From Sporopachydermia quercuum (Eukaryota): a DNA stretch of 64,000 nt. Shown in pieces: positions 56,401 through 64,000 of the stretch (positions within the stretch are counted from its first letter, which is position 1; each line of letters opens with the position of its first letter). A model generated the notes under the pieces. It was not told the DNA's origin. It saw nothing but the letters and a program-made list of their open reading frames with translations, and made no database searches. The stretch is from assembly GCA_001599295.1 (NCBI GenBank), contig BCGN01000003.1, positions 1,116,001 to 1,180,000 on the forward strand. The letters run 5' to 3'. Position numbers and translations under genes: made by a program.

Positions 56401-59400
56401 ATAAAACTCGAAGATTAAGCACGGCGAATTTCCCTATTAGTAGTTGAGTTAAAAAGACAGTGGCATCAAATTGTAGCTCATCTAACACAGACTCAACCGA
56501 TTGTTCCGTTTCCGATACTTCAGCTACTAAATCTGTAAGAAAATCAATTGCAACCGGAGTGAAAAACCCAAGAACCGGCCGAACAGAGCCCACAAACGAG
56601 TCATATTCATATGCTTCTTCCGGGGTATAACCCGGCCGAATATCGGCATCGGCTTTTCCTAAAGCGGACCATGTTGGCTCTTGACCGGGCTGTACTTCGG
56701 AAATCGAACCGAGCTCGGACACAGACTCCTCGTCAATGCCGAGAATGCGGGAAAACAGTTCCGTTGTAAGAATTGAATTGTTTAGTACTATGTCTAAGGA
56801 ACCGGAATTTAACGGAGGCGGTAAATTCGGAATGGAATAAGACGGAAGAATTGTTCCGTAAGATTCCATGTACTCTTCGTCTCGTAGTTGGTCGGAAATC
56901 AAAAACGGAAGCCTGTGGAAAGGTCCATCGTGGTATTTCACGTGCAATTGCTGTAGATGCCGATTTCGGTCAAATTCGGCTTTNTCCATAAAGTCAGTTA
57001 TCCGAATTCCCGTCTCGGTATATCCAATAAGCCGAGATTGCTCATGAACGAATAACTTTATATCCGGGACAGAGATGTCACATCTTCCCGAGTATCGGCT
57101 ATTAGCTATATTGTTAAGTCGGATAATTGGAGAACGTATGATTAGCTCGGCCCAGGTACCTCCAATTGTTCCGAGATTAACCCGAACTTCAGATATTGTC
57201 ATCGATAAGCATAATATATCATATTCCGGTACATCCGGCATTTGTAAACTATTCTCTTCATCGGAATAGCCGATTACAAAGACTTTACCAGCATTCTGAA
57301 GATCTGATAAAAATGATAGCCCCCCATTTATTACTAGTGAACCTAATTCAATATCCCATTTACAAAGATACGTAGGTTCATCCGGTGGTCTTCCGAACAT
57401 CCGGTGTCCTTGAATCATAAGCCCTGCAAGGGTTCCTTCTGAAACACCGGCGTTCATGCCCGCACAGGCATGCCAACTCCGGGCTCTGTCTGAAAACTGT
57501 TTCGGATCGTTGCCATTATAGTGTCGAAGCTGCATCGGTTGTACATCAAGGTGCATGTCCATGTAATAATTAGTGAACCTTAAATCAGCTTCTAGTCTGG
57601 GAAAATGCATCCCGATATGAGATGCGGAACTATAAATATTCCCGGGGAGTACGAGACAGCCGTGTTTAATGTCAACTGTTAGCATAACGTCTAATTCATT
57701 TTCTTCAATGTCGGCACTCATATCGGATTTCGGATGAATGTCTAACTCCGGGTCGGGCTTCGGATTAAGTTCCGAATTTTCCCGTGACGTTGAAAACTCT
57801 TCTAGTGTTTGAAAATGAACATAATCTCCGAAATAGTTGTCCCGCACTTGCATAAGGTACCGGATGACTTCACCATAGCCATATAAAGTAACGTCGGAAG
57901 CTGTAGCATCTAAATTAACGGAATCGCAGTTTCCGATTTTTTCCGAAGAGTGGAAAGTATAATTTCCCAATAGTCTAAAATCGTACGCTCTTCCGACTTG
58001 TTTACAAGTCAAAAATGAAGATGCGGTATGCCATGACGGAGTATGCAACGCTAAATTGAACAAATCAGAAGAAATCGTGAAAGGAATGGTCCGAGATCTC
58101 GGGTAAATTTCCGAACTTGGAACATCTAACTGAAGCTTGAAAACATCTCCCGAAAAAGCTAGAAAGCAATTGTCCTCAAAATCAATTGGATTGTTGATGA
58201 TATTACAATCATTAACATTAAGGTATAAAGCATAATCAGCAAGAGACCAATCAAAGTTCACTGACATCGGAGTAAATCGCTCATATTCATCTCCGATAGG
58301 GGCTGAAATTGATCCGAAATCGTCGAGTAGATCCGAGATAAGTGTCACGTGTTCCCGAAGTAAGAATATTTCAGCAATTTGTGATTTATGAGTTGAATTC
58401 CATTCGATTTTGCCGTTCCACTGTAAAGAAGAATCAAAGTTCAGTAAGATATCGTGTTTCTGCGCTTTTAAAAGGATTCCATGATTTACCGAGGTTCTGA
58501 TCTCCGGTTGATCAAATGAAATCCGAGCCGTGTTGTCTATTCCTTTTGGACTGGTAATTAGCCCGAATTCTACTCCAACGGTTGTTTTTTTACCCGCTCT
58601 AATTTCCAGCCATCCATAAGGCCGGACCACTTCCATAGTTTCCTCTCCGGACCCAAATAAGGCTCCGTACTCGGCCCGAGCTTGATTGGCAAATGACTCA
58701 TCTTTTGAACCTTCTCTAGTAGGCACTGTGAGGATTACCTCATCAATAAATTCAATTAACAAGGATACTTTTGTATGTTGTCTAAGATCAGTAATACTTC
58801 CCGGTTTTGCAGGAATCAAATCTCGGCAAACCGATGGGAAAATCATTTGAAATAAAGCATCTTTTTGTCGGTTAGTCCAAGGTCCGTAATTAATTGTTGA
58901 TGACGTAAACCGAATTTCCATTTCACAGCGGGGGGCAGGTTGGCCATCGTTTACTAAAGCGGAAACTTTGTCTGGAGTACTGCTCAGATCAGAAATCATA
59001 TCAAAATCAATTCCACTATTTATTCCGTTATGCGCTCGAACACCAATATATCCAGGAACATCTACGGAATAGGTGATATCTCCGCCTGCCGACGAGAAAA
59101 CATTTGATACAGCTGCATATTCTTCAACTGCAAAATGGATTCTTTCTAAATCGTTCAAATTGGTGTCATTGATATACCGTGAAAGACCCTTCCACTTATG
59201 GTTCTTATCATCCCAAATAGTGCTTCTCCTTCTATTAAGCCGGCTCTTGCTTCGTCTAAACCGTTTCAACATCCGGAGATATCGAAGGAACTTTTTAGAA
59301 ACTCGTTGGTGAACTTTCATTCCCCTTTCGAACGTATTTTTTTTAATCTTGGCGATACTGTCACCTTCATAAGGTTCTAGATAATCCATATTAGCTTTCA

Positions 59401-60358
59401 ACTGCAAGGAAAGATCAGTGAACGTGGAAGAAATAGTTGTGTTATATTTATCAAACGGAGAAGATGCCGGAAGTAAGTCTAAGAAGCCAGATAAAGTAGC
59501 TATATGTCCAACTAGCACTGATGGTGTGATATTATTCCCAATTACTATTGAGCCATTGGATACAGAGAATTGAATAGGAAAAGCATTCTGAAAAAATAAT
59601 ATCATCTCCGAACTTTGGGCTAATTGCTTTCGAATCTCGGAAGATATGTCATCCAGTGATTGATCTTCCGTTATTCTTTCCTTTTTCTCGTTACTACTAG
59701 TTGTTCCACTATCATCTCCAGTTTTCTCGTTTCCGCTATCTTTTCCACTTTTCACATTGCTTTTGTCATTGCTATCATTTGCCGTATTCCAGCTCCGAGA
59801 ATCGGAAGTTATGTCTATTTTAATATCCGATATTCCTGTTTTCTCTTTGTCTGATTTAATCACATGCTCCAAAATGTTCTCGTATGCTTGCGATCTGTTG
59901 TAAACAAACATCTCTGCGCCTTCCACTTCGAAAAAGAACCGGGAGGGCTGGCGAGCATTTTTCAGTTCCGAGTTTCCCGCAGAAATCTCAGCAGCTTCTC
60001 GGGAATGAAACACAAGTTCAGATCGCCGCACTCGCCGTAACCAATATCTCCAAGTTACTGATCCTCGGTATAAACAAATCGTACTATCCGTTCCAACAAT
60101 TATAAAATTCTTAAACAATAAGCGACCACCTAGAAAAGATATTTTCAAAGATTCAATTTTGATGGTAACGTTACCTTTACGCCATAATAAAACCCGTAAA
60201 AGTGATGTAATAGCTATTGCTATTATCCTATCAAAATAAAATGCAAACAGCACTGCTATAGCCAGAATAAGAACCCATGTCATAAGGAATACCCAACTGA
60301 AATCACGTGTGTCCACCGGGTCTAGTGACTTGGCTCTTAGAGCTGAAAGCAGATCCAT
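50414..60358 (-). CDS. CSF1: Bridge-like lipid transfer protein Csf1 (BLTP1/KIAA1109 family), 3314 aa
   Basis: N-terminal TM, then ISFLGGRLLFKN..WRYW, INYGPWTNRQ, LYLNVNDCNIINNP, DLRFTNYYMD, GHRMFG.PPDEPTY.CKWD and HIRSNDSWKII.R; C-terminal PPQLKELG..PPLEWFGLHR. Next to GAA1, as in YLR087C/YLR088W. Confidence 0.95.
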   Translation of the reverse strand: MDLLSALRAKSLDPVDTRDFSWVFLMTWVLILAIAVLFAFYFDRIIAIAITSLLRVLLWRKGNVTIKIESLKISFLGGRLLFKNFIIVGTDSTICLYRGSVTWRYWLRRVRRSELVFHSREAAEISAGNSELKNARQPSRFFFEVEGAEMFVYNRSQAYENILEHVIKSDKEKTGISDIKIDITSDSRSWNTANDSNDKSNVKSGKDSGNEKTGDDSGTTSSNEKKERITEDQSLDDISSEIRKQLAQSSEMILFFQNAFPIQFSVSNGSIVIGNNITPSVLVGHIATLSGFLDLLPASSPFDKYNTTISSTFTDLSLQLKANMDYLEPYEGDSIAKIKKNTFERGMKVHQRVSKKFLRYLRMLKRFRRSKSRLNRRRSTIWDDKNHKWKGLSRYINDTNLNDLERIHFAVEEYAAVSNVFSSAGGDITYSVDVPGYIGVRAHNGINSGIDFDMISDLSSTPDKVSALVNDGQPAPRCEMEIRFTSSTINYGPWTNRQKDALFQMIFPSVCRDLIPAKPGSITDLRQHTKVSLLIEFIDEVILTVPTREGSKDESFANQARAEYGALFGSGEETMEVVRPYGWLEIRAGKKTTVGVEFGLITSPKGIDNTARISFDQPEIRTSVNHGILLKAQKHDILLNFDSSLQWNGKIEWNSTHKSQIAEIFLLREHVTLISDLLDDFGSISAPIGDEYERFTPMSVNFDWSLADYALYLNVNDCNIINNPIDFEDNCFLAFSGDVFKLQLDVPSSEIYPRSRTIPFTISSDLFNLALHTPSWHTASSFLTCKQVGRAYDFRLLGNYTFHSSEKIGNCDSVNLDATASDVTLYGYGEVIRYLMQVRDNYFGDYVHFQTLEEFSTSRENSELNPKPDPELDIHPKSDMSADIEENELDVMLTVDIKHGCLVLPGNIYSSASHIGMHFPRLEADLRFTNYYMDMHLDVQPMQLRHYNGNDPKQFSDRARSWHACAGMNAGVSEGTLAGLMIQGHRMFGRPPDEPTYLCKWDIELGSLVINGGLSFLSDLQNAGKVFVIGYSDEENSLQMPDVPEYDILCLSMTISEVRVNLGTIGGTWAELIIRSPIIRLNNIANSRYSGRCDISVPDIKLFVHEQSRLIGYTETGIRITDFMXKAEFDRNRHLQQLHVKYHDGPFHRLPFLISDQLRDEEYMESYGTILPSYSIPNLPPPLNSGSLDIVLNNSILTTELFSRILGIDEESVSELGSISEVQPGQEPTWSALGKADADIRPGYTPEEAYEYDSFVGSVRPVLGFFTPVAIDFLTDLVAEVSETEQSVESVLDELQFDATVFLTQLLIGKFAVLNLRVLCSSVCIKYGQFNVSEPYSVLGDDAAQLCDHLTLSGKGFSVVFGDKLTQKACSADLWTARNALENRSELFDAAIGINEIIITLLEKKSNKSQSLLFDDPTGGEVQLEDIEFGIHSSDLSVYFSRIKSSEITVHMEKTPFIIRGGQLLLDSVARWSNRLTKLGKSRQQRKAAVVYVLSKASAECNIEHDPTALTKPSYIIRSSPNHIRSNDSWKIITRIRHVMQSLPESYSRDLLHRVESCPEIGEAQALEVQNIFSRWRSWEFVDIGNNFFFQMVFPMFGKFDKTGGDLGGMDFRTDSFIIRCIASDNEDYIRIDSVSIGYDTSHLAVKPTFSEDKDHLSVTIGGIACRIGMVSLRLITEVMEYVNGRNSKRESDISETICDKPETTATTIGDIFSSLSKTSECVAAVLLCNVDLKFCTGDVMLQFIAEDILQTGTFSIAHGSPTALNLSFSCKLMKAQLGVAESGRIRMQETALLVQLTESDCFCLGWLGDLGLQLDFRPTVQSVLLQGTLMALLRTADELIDSELFGFLDYIIQSETTRITGKRVSGGNLSVATLSPSASFSGSTRRSSILSAIPYVRKSFTYLSCNIIRGEFKLSETLNLILDQSEVDFQVVSAAELWFCSFWFERLKFQLVKPAERTRNRNQNRNRVQSKENFPLAELILEELGIFVKSRPEDWNDILIGRLELSECQLIIPELIYTLKYVEENLEIMRKEEERVKMVVNKVRKKVISEETGKFKYMAKSELKPEPTPSALKSRKLLYSIXAGVNIFNILVFVGKSEYVIRSVETLFSGSNFVSQSKSGNSSDSSEPSIREVSVYGTASFPRTVALIDSELVPESLQEYLDFTVKLRVENSVSDDPTTRKSIQVQCDHLWVSACRTLLTEFLTTYGQCAVTVMNIISIGSKGEPETIPNSLPAFAPERHSSDNFFSDLYNSVSVHVLFLDVCFGWIFDDPRYALYPGVILGCDKVYIVAERNIAKLTLVESFLTIAGGELSSTFHIRDRTLIRDAAILPEMILMFVSEGSGSNRKVKVDVTGEQLRVILLSCVPLLIDNIMVSISEVKLAIDTLLLKYPLVQQELKPVGNTGNYNTTRPAIMYSDPQHKKMPPGISAIFSVFEGVFSFAGGCIEFYESHTFDRKFAEHSTRSSSKTPLAPCAVMQAPAVRISTMFQTDPTGSKGKLLNINIGISPSRNSLTPACVIPTVQMFNNLMTVIKRQDEARMKQTRLNRINKAPKVXKNGSGNSASDLPEFLHGIDMNLGFQTGSQEILLSCEPTAKIIADIGYSKLDMLFSVRNKPDRRIEIMGSVNLKQLSGSLKHIYSRDTSGSVSIEDLTVAAIWRGSGKHAGIITSGDKVKVWINMQQAQDLDLFFDIWRPPRKSGRQTSSVPTRPDAVAISLAESVRKANDMYTFPWRIDLSVLDIEVRTDLSQSLGTSTLNIERLWLSSRKSQDDKQILAFGVGDVNVAAEGRLSGTLLVKDIWISSAMSWPKKETTSEGTSEGTSEVDIPRVLLSAHVGSTETQISFDYHYFFIAAINEFQIGLFNQNCHKQADPNVTGFHANLNSDFFDLGLESGPGFDPESNISSGSQFTLDFGNDRLVGIQTCKYVKVYMTALATASFLDIFNTIKRMKHDNKTSYHAVLEDATYIIPDTPDSTHPTSTPAGSSAFNRRYSFSNNSTFSTNPLPTPPLPVASTSRRRSLQRLSSTQEAGLLKLISIIMSLEITQDVLIHIYPNSLLDTQVVVIRLQEIKARFAEECVDGKLHDELFMQLQRVNIALSETSDNIISDKEDMENISVEAFITRAEKAHGGSLFFVPSLVIDMETWQKIPKFDVDFLFSSRFDGKVEVRWNIGSINFIREMWSTYAKSLSSRLVTLKHSDAKEDVPXFQTVNIEEKLKEVELDKKYVYSPIAEPRIDPPQLKELGNAXPPLEWFGLHRDSFPGAIHQVVIVGLQKLVKEAEGKYHATLGRRKEARARRSPVEQASYGRTDVKTDSKAEF
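51895..51928 (+). repeat. 12-bp in-frame tandem repeat (CTTCCGAGGTTC) x ~2.8 within CSF1, encoding TSEG-TSEG-TSE
   Basis: Read directly; each unit carries a TTCCGA word. Confidence 0.9.
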
Positions 60359-61352
60359 TATAGGGTTAAATCATATATAATCTATTGAGTCATTGAACAT
60401 CTAACAATATTTAGTGGTTCTTCGATGATGATTCTTCGGCGTTGTGTGATCGGATGTATTTGTATCTGAAAGGTCAACTGATATGCGTTGTGTTAAAAAT
60501 GCTATTATTGCTATAAACAATTATATGGCTTAATTGGTATACTCTGATATAATAAATAGGTAATGACAGTAATAGATAATTGTGCAATACCTGTAAGATG
60601 TCTTGCTATAAACCTGGATAACTGAGATGAGAAAGAAAGGAAATACACAGGCAATTATAATGGGGTTCCGGAATTAATGCATTGTCTGATTAGCTTAATA
60701 TTTCCGGAATAAATGTCGGAGATGATTGTTGCAGTAAAAGCGGAGATAATATTTTACATTATATCCGATTATTTCAAACTTGAGATTATCGTCTCCCAAA
60801 ATACAAATACTTTACTATGAAAAAAGGGAGAACTTTGATAAACAAACTAATTAAAAGGAGGTAAAGGGATTTTAAAATATACATTCTACTCTTTTCAGTC
60901 AGATCATTTTTTTGTCCCTTGGGCATCCTCCTTCATACGTTTCCTTATATGTTGCATTGCTGCACCATTCTACTAACCTACATGAATTGCTTTCAAGTAT
61001 GTTTCATTCATCATTATTCAATCATCTCCTTACTCAAACTACAAAAATAAGTGTGTCAAAATCAGTAAATCATGTTTGAATTGGACAAGCAATATATANA
61101 ATAAAAGAGCTTTCAATATTCCCTGCAACAGCAAACCAATAAAGCTTCATAACTCACTTCCACTCAAATGATATCTCCACTAACTTAATCAAACATCAAC
61201 GATATCAGATCTATTCCATCAATAACAATACTAAGAGAGTATAACCTCCTAGTATAGCATAGCATACTATAGTAAATTTCTTTAACCACATTATCATTAT
61301 TGGCGATGAAGATTCTTATCGTTTTGCTACTGATTCTCATTTTCCTTGTTTC

Positions 61353-64000
61353 CTATGGATTTTCTTCAACAGTTCCAAAACCTCCTCCACCAGGAGTCTC
61401 AATTATAACCCATTCACCTGGTTGCATACGACAAGTATTCTTCCCACCAAGATTGACTGTTATGAGTATCTCTTCGCCCGTAACAGGATTTTTCCTCTTT
61501 CTACGCCATAAATTCTTACCTACTTTACCTGACTTGCCTCCAGCGTATCCAAATGGCGCTACACTTCGTCTTTCTGACAAAATCGACACTTGAACCTCCT
61601 TAGAAAATTCAATAGCTCTAATAACCCCGTGCCCACCTCTATTTCTACCTTCACCACCTGATCCCCACCGAATGGAAAACTCCTGTAGTATACATGGATA
61701 TCTTTTCTCTAATACTTCAGGATCTGTAGATCTGGTATTAGTCATGTGAACTTGAACTGCATCCTGTCCTATCCAGTTCTCGCCTGCTCCCGCACCACCA
61801 GCAATAGTTTCGTAATAACCAAACCCTTTCCGAACTTCTGACGACCCATCATCGGATTTCTCTCCACCATATCCAAATGTTAGATTGTTGCAAGTGCCTT
61901 GAGAAGCTGCCATTACACCAAATGCTTTTAAAACAACATCTGTTACTCTCTGAGAAGTTTCTACATTACCACCGACTGTAGCAGCTTCAATCGATGGAGA
62001 TAGCAAACAGTTTTCTGGTAGTAGAATCTTCACCGGTAATAAACAGCCTTGATTCAATGGAATTGAGTCAGAAACCATACATCGCAATGAATATAATATA
62101 GCAGAAGATGTAATAGACGTTGGTGCGTTCAAATTACCATATACCTCGGGCCCAGTACCAGTGAAATCAAAAACAGCGTCACCATTTTCACCGTCAATAG
62201 TTATTTTCAACTTTATGACTGTTCCATCATCAATACAGTCAGAAGCTTCCAAAGGTTCGCCATCGAATTTCTTATGGAACTGTTTCAAAAGCTTTCTAAC
62301 TGTTTCTTCGGCATTATGTTGAATAGCATACATATAATACTGGATTTCAGGCAACCCAAATTCAGCAATAAGCCTTGAAATTAATTGAATTCCTTTAGTA
62401 TTAGCAGCTATTTGAGCTTTCAGATCTGATAATGAATCACCAAGACTTCTACTACCAGAACAACCGGGATACTTTGATGGTTCTGTATATAGAAGATCAA
62501 TCATTAGATCTTCATCAAAATGACCTTCTTTAACTACCTTAGAACCTAGGATTTGCGCACCTTCTTCCCAAATCTCTTTAGAAAAAGGGGGCATAGAACC
62601 CGCTGAAATGCCACCAATGTCTGAATGATGTCCCCTTGATGCCGTCCAGAAAATGATCTCTGTCTCAGAGCCTGGAGCGAAAACTGGGGTTATAACAGTG
62701 ATATCTGGCAGATGTGATCCACCACCAGCTGGATGATTCGCAACAATAACATCACCAGGTTTTAAATCGCTGCCCCATTTTTCCTTCTGAAATAATACCG
62801 CTGAGCTCATTGACCCTAGATGGATAGGAATGTGAGGAGCATTGGCTACTAATCCACCGTCGGGAGAAAACATTGCGCAGGAGAAATCTAATCTTTCTTT
62901 AATATTGGTAGAAATAGCTGTTTGTCTTAATGTTTGACCCATTTGTTCAGCAATTGACATAAATCTATGGGAAAACACTGACAGCTTTATAGGATCAACA
63001 GTTTCCGACACAGCTTCCGAAATTTCCTCTGATATCTTCTCCGGTTTATTTTTCCCCTCAAATGTCTCCAGAATCAACCCCATCTCATTAACGGCAACAG
63101 TGCATTTCCAACCTGGTTCAACAACAATTGTCTGGGTATCATCTAAAATAAGTGCAGGTCCAATAATACAATCACCTTCAGATAAATCAGCTATATTAAA
63201 CGTTTCCGTTTCAACCCAAACTCCAGTATCACTAGACTTATCTTCGAAATAGACTTTCCTGCTACGAATTGATTTGTCTGATGACGTAATCTTTATTTCC
63301 TTAGGAAGATGAACAACAACATCGGAATCCTTGTCGGTATTTGAGTGTAATATTCCTCTTACTCTAACGTCACTGACAATAATATCTCGACTTAGAATAA
63401 ACCCGTATTCTTGTCTGTGCTTTGTAATGAACGACTCTTTAACAGAATTCAATTGTTCGGTTACATCTTCTATTGATTGTTCAGCTAATGGCAAATCACC
63501 AGCATCAAAACGGGTCATTGCCGACGTTTCAGTTCCTTTATAACGTAAATTAAGATATCTTTCAATCCTAATAGTTTCCAGTCCAAAGCTTTGTTCTTTC
63601 AATTGCTTTCTCACTTCTTGCTCTTCAAGTTCAAGTTTTTCTTCTAGTCCTATTAAACTATCCACGTCCAATACGGCTGTTACAGGTTTGCTTCTCTCAG
63701 CAACAATATCAGCTACTGCCATTCCATAAGCCGATAGAATACTAGAGTATTTATGTATAATAATACTACTTATTCCAAGAGCCCTTGCCACTGAACACGC
63801 ATGCTGACCACCAGCACCTCCAAATGATGCTAGTTTATGTCCTGATGCCAAATAGCCTTTACCTTCAGTTAAGCTTCTAATAGGACGACACATTGCTTCG
63901 TTTGCAACTTCTAAAAACCCTAGTGCAACTTCCTGTGGCGATAATGCTTGTAAATTACGTCTGGTTGCATTTATTTCTGCTGTTAGATCAATAAACTTCT
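61353..64000 (-). CDS. OXP1: 5-oxoprolinase (ATP-hydrolysing), 3' part (5' end outside window)
   Basis: The frame appears open to the window end (...GFLEVANEAMCRPIRSLTEGKG). Motifs FGGAGGQHAC, SVFSHRFMSIAEQMG, NIKERLDFSCA, HMTNTRSTDPE and ETPGGGGFG. Confidence 0.96.
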   Translation of the reverse strand, partial: KFIDLTAEINATRRNLQALSPQEVALGFLEVANEAMCRPIRSLTEGKGYLASGHKLASFGGAGGQHACSVARALGISSIIIHKYSSILSAYGMAVADIVAERSKPVTAVLDVDSLIGLEEKLELEEQEVRKQLKEQSFGLETIRIERYLNLRYKGTETSAMTRFDAGDLPLAEQSIEDVTEQLNSVKESFITKHRQEYGFILSRDIIVSDVRVRGILHSNTDKDSDVVVHLPKEIKITSSDKSIRSRKVYFEDKSSDTGVWVETETFNIADLSEGDCIIGPALILDDTQTIVVEPGWKCTVAVNEMGLILETFEGKNKPEKISEEISEAVSETVDPIKLSVFSHRFMSIAEQMGQTLRQTAISTNIKERLDFSCAMFSPDGGLVANAPHIPIHLGSMSSAVLFQKEKWGSDLKPGDVIVANHPAGGGSHLPDITVITPVFAPGSETEIIFWTASRGHHSDIGGISAGSMPPFSKEIWEEGAQILGSKVVKEGHFDEDLMIDLLYTEPSKYPGCSGSRSLGDSLSDLKAQIAANTKGIQLISRLIAEFGLPEIQYYMYAIQHNAEETVRKLLKQFHKKFDGEPLEASDCIDDGTVIKLKITIDGENGDAVFDFTGTGPEVYGNLNAPTSITSSAILYSLRCMVSDSIPLNQGCLLPVKILLPENCLLSPSIEAATVGGNVETSQRVTDVVLKAFGVMAASQGTCNNLTFGYGGEKSDDGSSEVRKGFGYYETIAGGAGAGENWIGQDAVQVHMTNTRSTDPEVLEKRYPCILQEFSIRWGSGGEGRNRGGHGVIRAIEFSKEVQVSILSERRSVAPFGYAGGKSGKVGKNLWRRKRKNPVTGEEILITVNLGGKNTCRMQPGEWVIIETPGGGGFGTVEENP

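Noticed and set aside
1219..61099. Scattered single N bases as frameshifts or pseudogenisation
   Set aside because: Reading frames continue across them. They are most likely ambiguous or heterozygous base calls.
546..63543. Numerous 60-165 aa ORFs antisense to or overlapping real genes
   Set aside because: These are shadow frames of bona fide CDSs with no recognisable motifs; many start at non-ATG codons.
1..64000. tRNA/rRNA genes, transposons, LTRs, CRISPR arrays
   Set aside because: I recognised no cloverleaf or B-box, transposase/RT ORF, terminal repeat or repeat-spacer array by eye. Degenerate solo LTRs or snoRNAs could have been missed.

Overview
This is a gene-dense, AT-rich segment of a budding-yeast (Saccharomycotina) chromosome. 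The lineage is intron-rich and probably outside the Saccharomycetaceae: it has cactin, and I assembled 18 spliceosomal introns by hand. CUG appears to be read as Leu. I support 24 protein-coding genes: FAL1 (partial), ATG31, SES1, a YBR287W-like carrier, DAS2, a CPA2 cation/H+ antiporter, a YIL001W-like ankyrin-BTB gene, INP51, a 69-aa YIL002W-A-like microprotein, WBP1, GIM4, YFH7, a YEH1/2-like lipase, IRC25, SDO1, IZH3, a YLR001C-like fasciclin, SGN1, AVT1, cactin, MPP10, GAA1, CSF1 and OXP1 (partial). Several are missing or fragmented in the ORF track because of introns. Two signals stand out. (1) An ~8.5-kb island inside the CSF1 coding sequence is strongly enriched for CCG/CGG words (TTCCGA, TCGGA, CCG-Nx-CGG), on both strands and in all three codon phases, which suggests a DNA-level code overlaid on the ORF. 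(2) Orthologues of genes flanking several different S. cerevisiae centromeres cluster around a 2.9-kb gene-free interval. All homology calls are from recalled sequence motifs, not database searches, and all counts are manual and approximate.
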